NCBI GenBank assembly: GCA_013265495.1
Contig: MU058781.1
Coordinates: 2,334,158 to 2,398,157 of the forward strand
Length of the DNA: 64,000 nucleotides
From: Vicugna vicugna
Taxonomy: Eukaryota
Direction of reading: 5' to 3'
Positions 61,401 to 64,000 of the stretch are shown here, piece after piece. The first letter of the stretch is position 1; every line of letters begins with the position of its first letter. A program made the translations under genes and the position numbers. Under the pieces are notes generated by a model, which was not told where the DNA came from, did no database searches, and saw only the letters and a program-made list of their open reading frames with translations.

Positions 61401-63144
61401 TGGGGACAATTGAAATACATGTATTTTAAGACAGAATTAAACATGTCAAATTTATAAATGCAGTGTTTGAAGGTTTAAACATTTTAGCTAAATGTATAAA
61501 CATAACCAAACTGAATTCAAAAATCCCTTGAAAGTAACTGATAAAATTTGCTAGACTTCTGAAATAGAATAAGATTTGTAAACTGATTTTAAAGCCCATG
61601 AATTGTGTGAAAATTTTCTTTTTAAGTTTATCAGAAAGTTCGTATCATTAGAAAGAAACTTGACTTCCAAAATATTTTTCAAGGAGTATTCAGGCTCACA
61701 AAAGTAGACTGAAGTAGGCTAGCTTTCCAATAGACTTCTGAAAGTTCATAAGTGATAGCAGCCCACCCCTCAACTAGGCTGACTTTTAAAGTACATAGAT
61801 TTATATTTAATAAGCAAGACATTCCAGGACTTCTGTGAGGAGATTAACAATATAGCTAACCTCAAAATCACTGCTACTCAATGTTGTTAAGAGTTCAGAA
61901 AGAGAAATAATATTTACTGAGGGTTGCCTGATATACATGCAGTTTACTTCTCTGAGTAATTTAAACTTTCTCCAGGATTAAGCCAGACCATCAGGTTGAA
62001 CTCCACTTTTTCTGTTTAGCACCATAGAACTTCTTTTAATAGACCTTTTTTTTTTTTGAGATTATAATATCAGCCTGCTTTTACGGGCATTGTGAGAAAC
62101 AAACCTGTGAAGTTTGGTGTTGGACATGCTTTCTTGATCTAACCAAGGACTCCATCCACTGAATCATTATACAGATTCTTCTTGCCGAGGACCCATGGAA
62201 AGAAATTCTTTCAGCACAGGAAAGGTTGTGTCTTGACCTTGTAAGTATTTTATTAATCAGATAAATAATTGCATCTCCTCTTTTTTTGTTGGCTACCGGA
62301 AAGTTCACAGTCATGTCTTATCCGTGGTTTTCTGAAAGCTGTGCCCTTCCTAGTGGCCCACCTATTGTAGACTAACATCTCCTTTGATTTGATTTGATTT
62401 TCCTGGTACTTATTTTTATTTTACTAGATCACTTTCTTTTATTTTTATCTTATGTCTTAATGTATTAAGATATAAATAATTACATATTCTGTACGTCTCT
62501 ATAAATCATTTTTAGAACAAGTAATAATAGAATTTAACAAATAACTGTAGAATTTGTCAGAAAAAGGACATTTTTAAACCAAGAAGAAGTAATGTAGACA
62601 AGATGGAGATAAAGGCCCTTAAATGACAGCTGAAGTAGATGAAGAAACTCATGAAAATGTGCTTATTTGGGCTATGGCTACTTTTTAGGAAGATGCGTTA
62701 TTTTGAATTGTCTTCTGGACATGCTTTGGAAGTTGGGAGGCTGAGGGAGCAGGAAATTTATGGAAATTCTGTAAACTTCTCTTTGACACAGGAATCACTT
62801 CTCACTCTTCTGTGCACATTTCATGCTTCTAAATGTCAACAGAAATGCCAATTTATATTTTCTGGGGTTTGAGGAACAGGAAACCTTTAGTTATTAAGTT
62901 CTGCCTTTTGTTAAATTTAAATTAATCCCGCATTTGCTCAGGGAGGTCAAAACCAAGTTGTCAGCCCATAATCCTTTGCTTCAGGCCTCATCCTTTTTTG
63001 TACAGGAAAAAATCTTGAAGTAGTTCTTACTCCTTAAATTCTCAAAGATGTTTCGATGTGCTCTGAAGCACACTGACTGCCATGGGGAAGATAATTTTCA
63101 GTGAACATTACTTCCAACGGACAGTCAAGGTTTTTAGTCACTAA

Positions 63145-63685
63145 GTAGACCACATACATTGCCTGCTCTTTGCTAGCAGACTTTCCTCTGGAAAATCACA
63201 CCCCTCCCTCATCAGTCCATGTGCCTCCAGATAGAGTTGAGTCCACTGCCAGCCCCAGCAATGGGGTCACCTTGGTCTTTAGGCCAGTAAGTAAATCCCA
63301 TGCCCTGGCCATAGTGATTGGTTCATATTCACAGCCAATAATAGGTTTTGGGGAGCCAACTGGGAAAGATAGAGAGCCAGACTTTCTTTTCCACTAGTTT
63401 TAATGACATGAAGATTTAACACTTGTAGCTGCTTGGACCATCTGGAGAAAGTCTGGATCTACTGACAGCAACACACGCTACCTGGATTAGGACTAATTCA
63501 AAGGTGAGAGTGCCATAGAAAGGAGCAAAAGGACAATATACTTAAAGCCTAAAGAAGGTAATGCCGGAAACTACCCTTGCCCATTATTAGTCTTCCTGGT
63601 AACTGAGTCAATACATTGATTTTGGCTTAAGCTAGTTTTGAATGGGTGTTTCATCAGTTGTGTGCTACCTGGAATATCCCGAGTC
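63145..63685 (+). mobile_element. Old MaLR LTR (MLT1K/L-like)
   Basis: CCCTGGCCATAGTGATTGGTTCA...TGAGTCAATACATTGATTTTGGCTTAAGCTAGTTTTGAATGGG. Confidence 0.7.
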
Positions 63686-64000
63686 AGATTTTCTTTTACC
63701 TTCCTGCCTGCCATTGGCAGATAAAACAAAGCAGTTTTTCTGTTTCTCTGTATCTCTTCTAGTCAATTTACAGGTCCCACACTTATTTGCATCGTTTCCT
63801 TCATTCTCATGCCCTTTACCCTTTTAAACTTTGAGCTGTATATGATTGTTTTCCCTTCTATGCATTTCTTCCTTGACAGTGAACTTCAGGCAGCTATCTG
63901 AAGGCTAGTAAGGATAGGTGAGAATTTATATATGAGCCTGTTTGTTGGAAACAAAGGAAAGCATGCTACAGTCATTTTCACATTTCTTAAATTGCTCTTC

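Noticed and set aside
1..64000. CRISPR arrays, operons, defence systems, tRNA/rRNA genes, CpG island, processed pseudogene
   Set aside because: None seen; the repeat content shows mammalian non-coding DNA, with no regular repeat-spacer array and no long gene-like ORF.

Overview
AT-rich mammalian (eutherian) genomic DNA, intergenic or deep intronic. I recognise no protein-coding gene, RNA gene, CpG island or prokaryotic-type system. The six-frame ORFs are chance ORFs or decayed LINE-1 fragments. A large part of the window is old transposable elements: L1, L2, CR1/L3, MIR, MaLR/ERVL/ERV1 LTRs, hAT and Tigger DNA transposons. There is one young 5'-truncated L1 (2650-3502). Its 3' UTR looks like camelid L1 to me, and I see no Alu, B1, Bov-A/BovB, PRE1 or Can-SINE, so the source is probably camel or alpaca (inference). 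Repeat family names come from recalled consensus sequences, not alignments, and old-element boundaries are approximate. The best leads are a probable short L1 3' transduction, an LTR33/ERVL-pol/MLT1 mosaic, two direct-repeat-flanked filler insertions, several motif-dense candidate enhancers, and well-formed splice-site pairs (including possible microexons) that could mark unannotated non-coding transcripts. I found no convincing new biological system.
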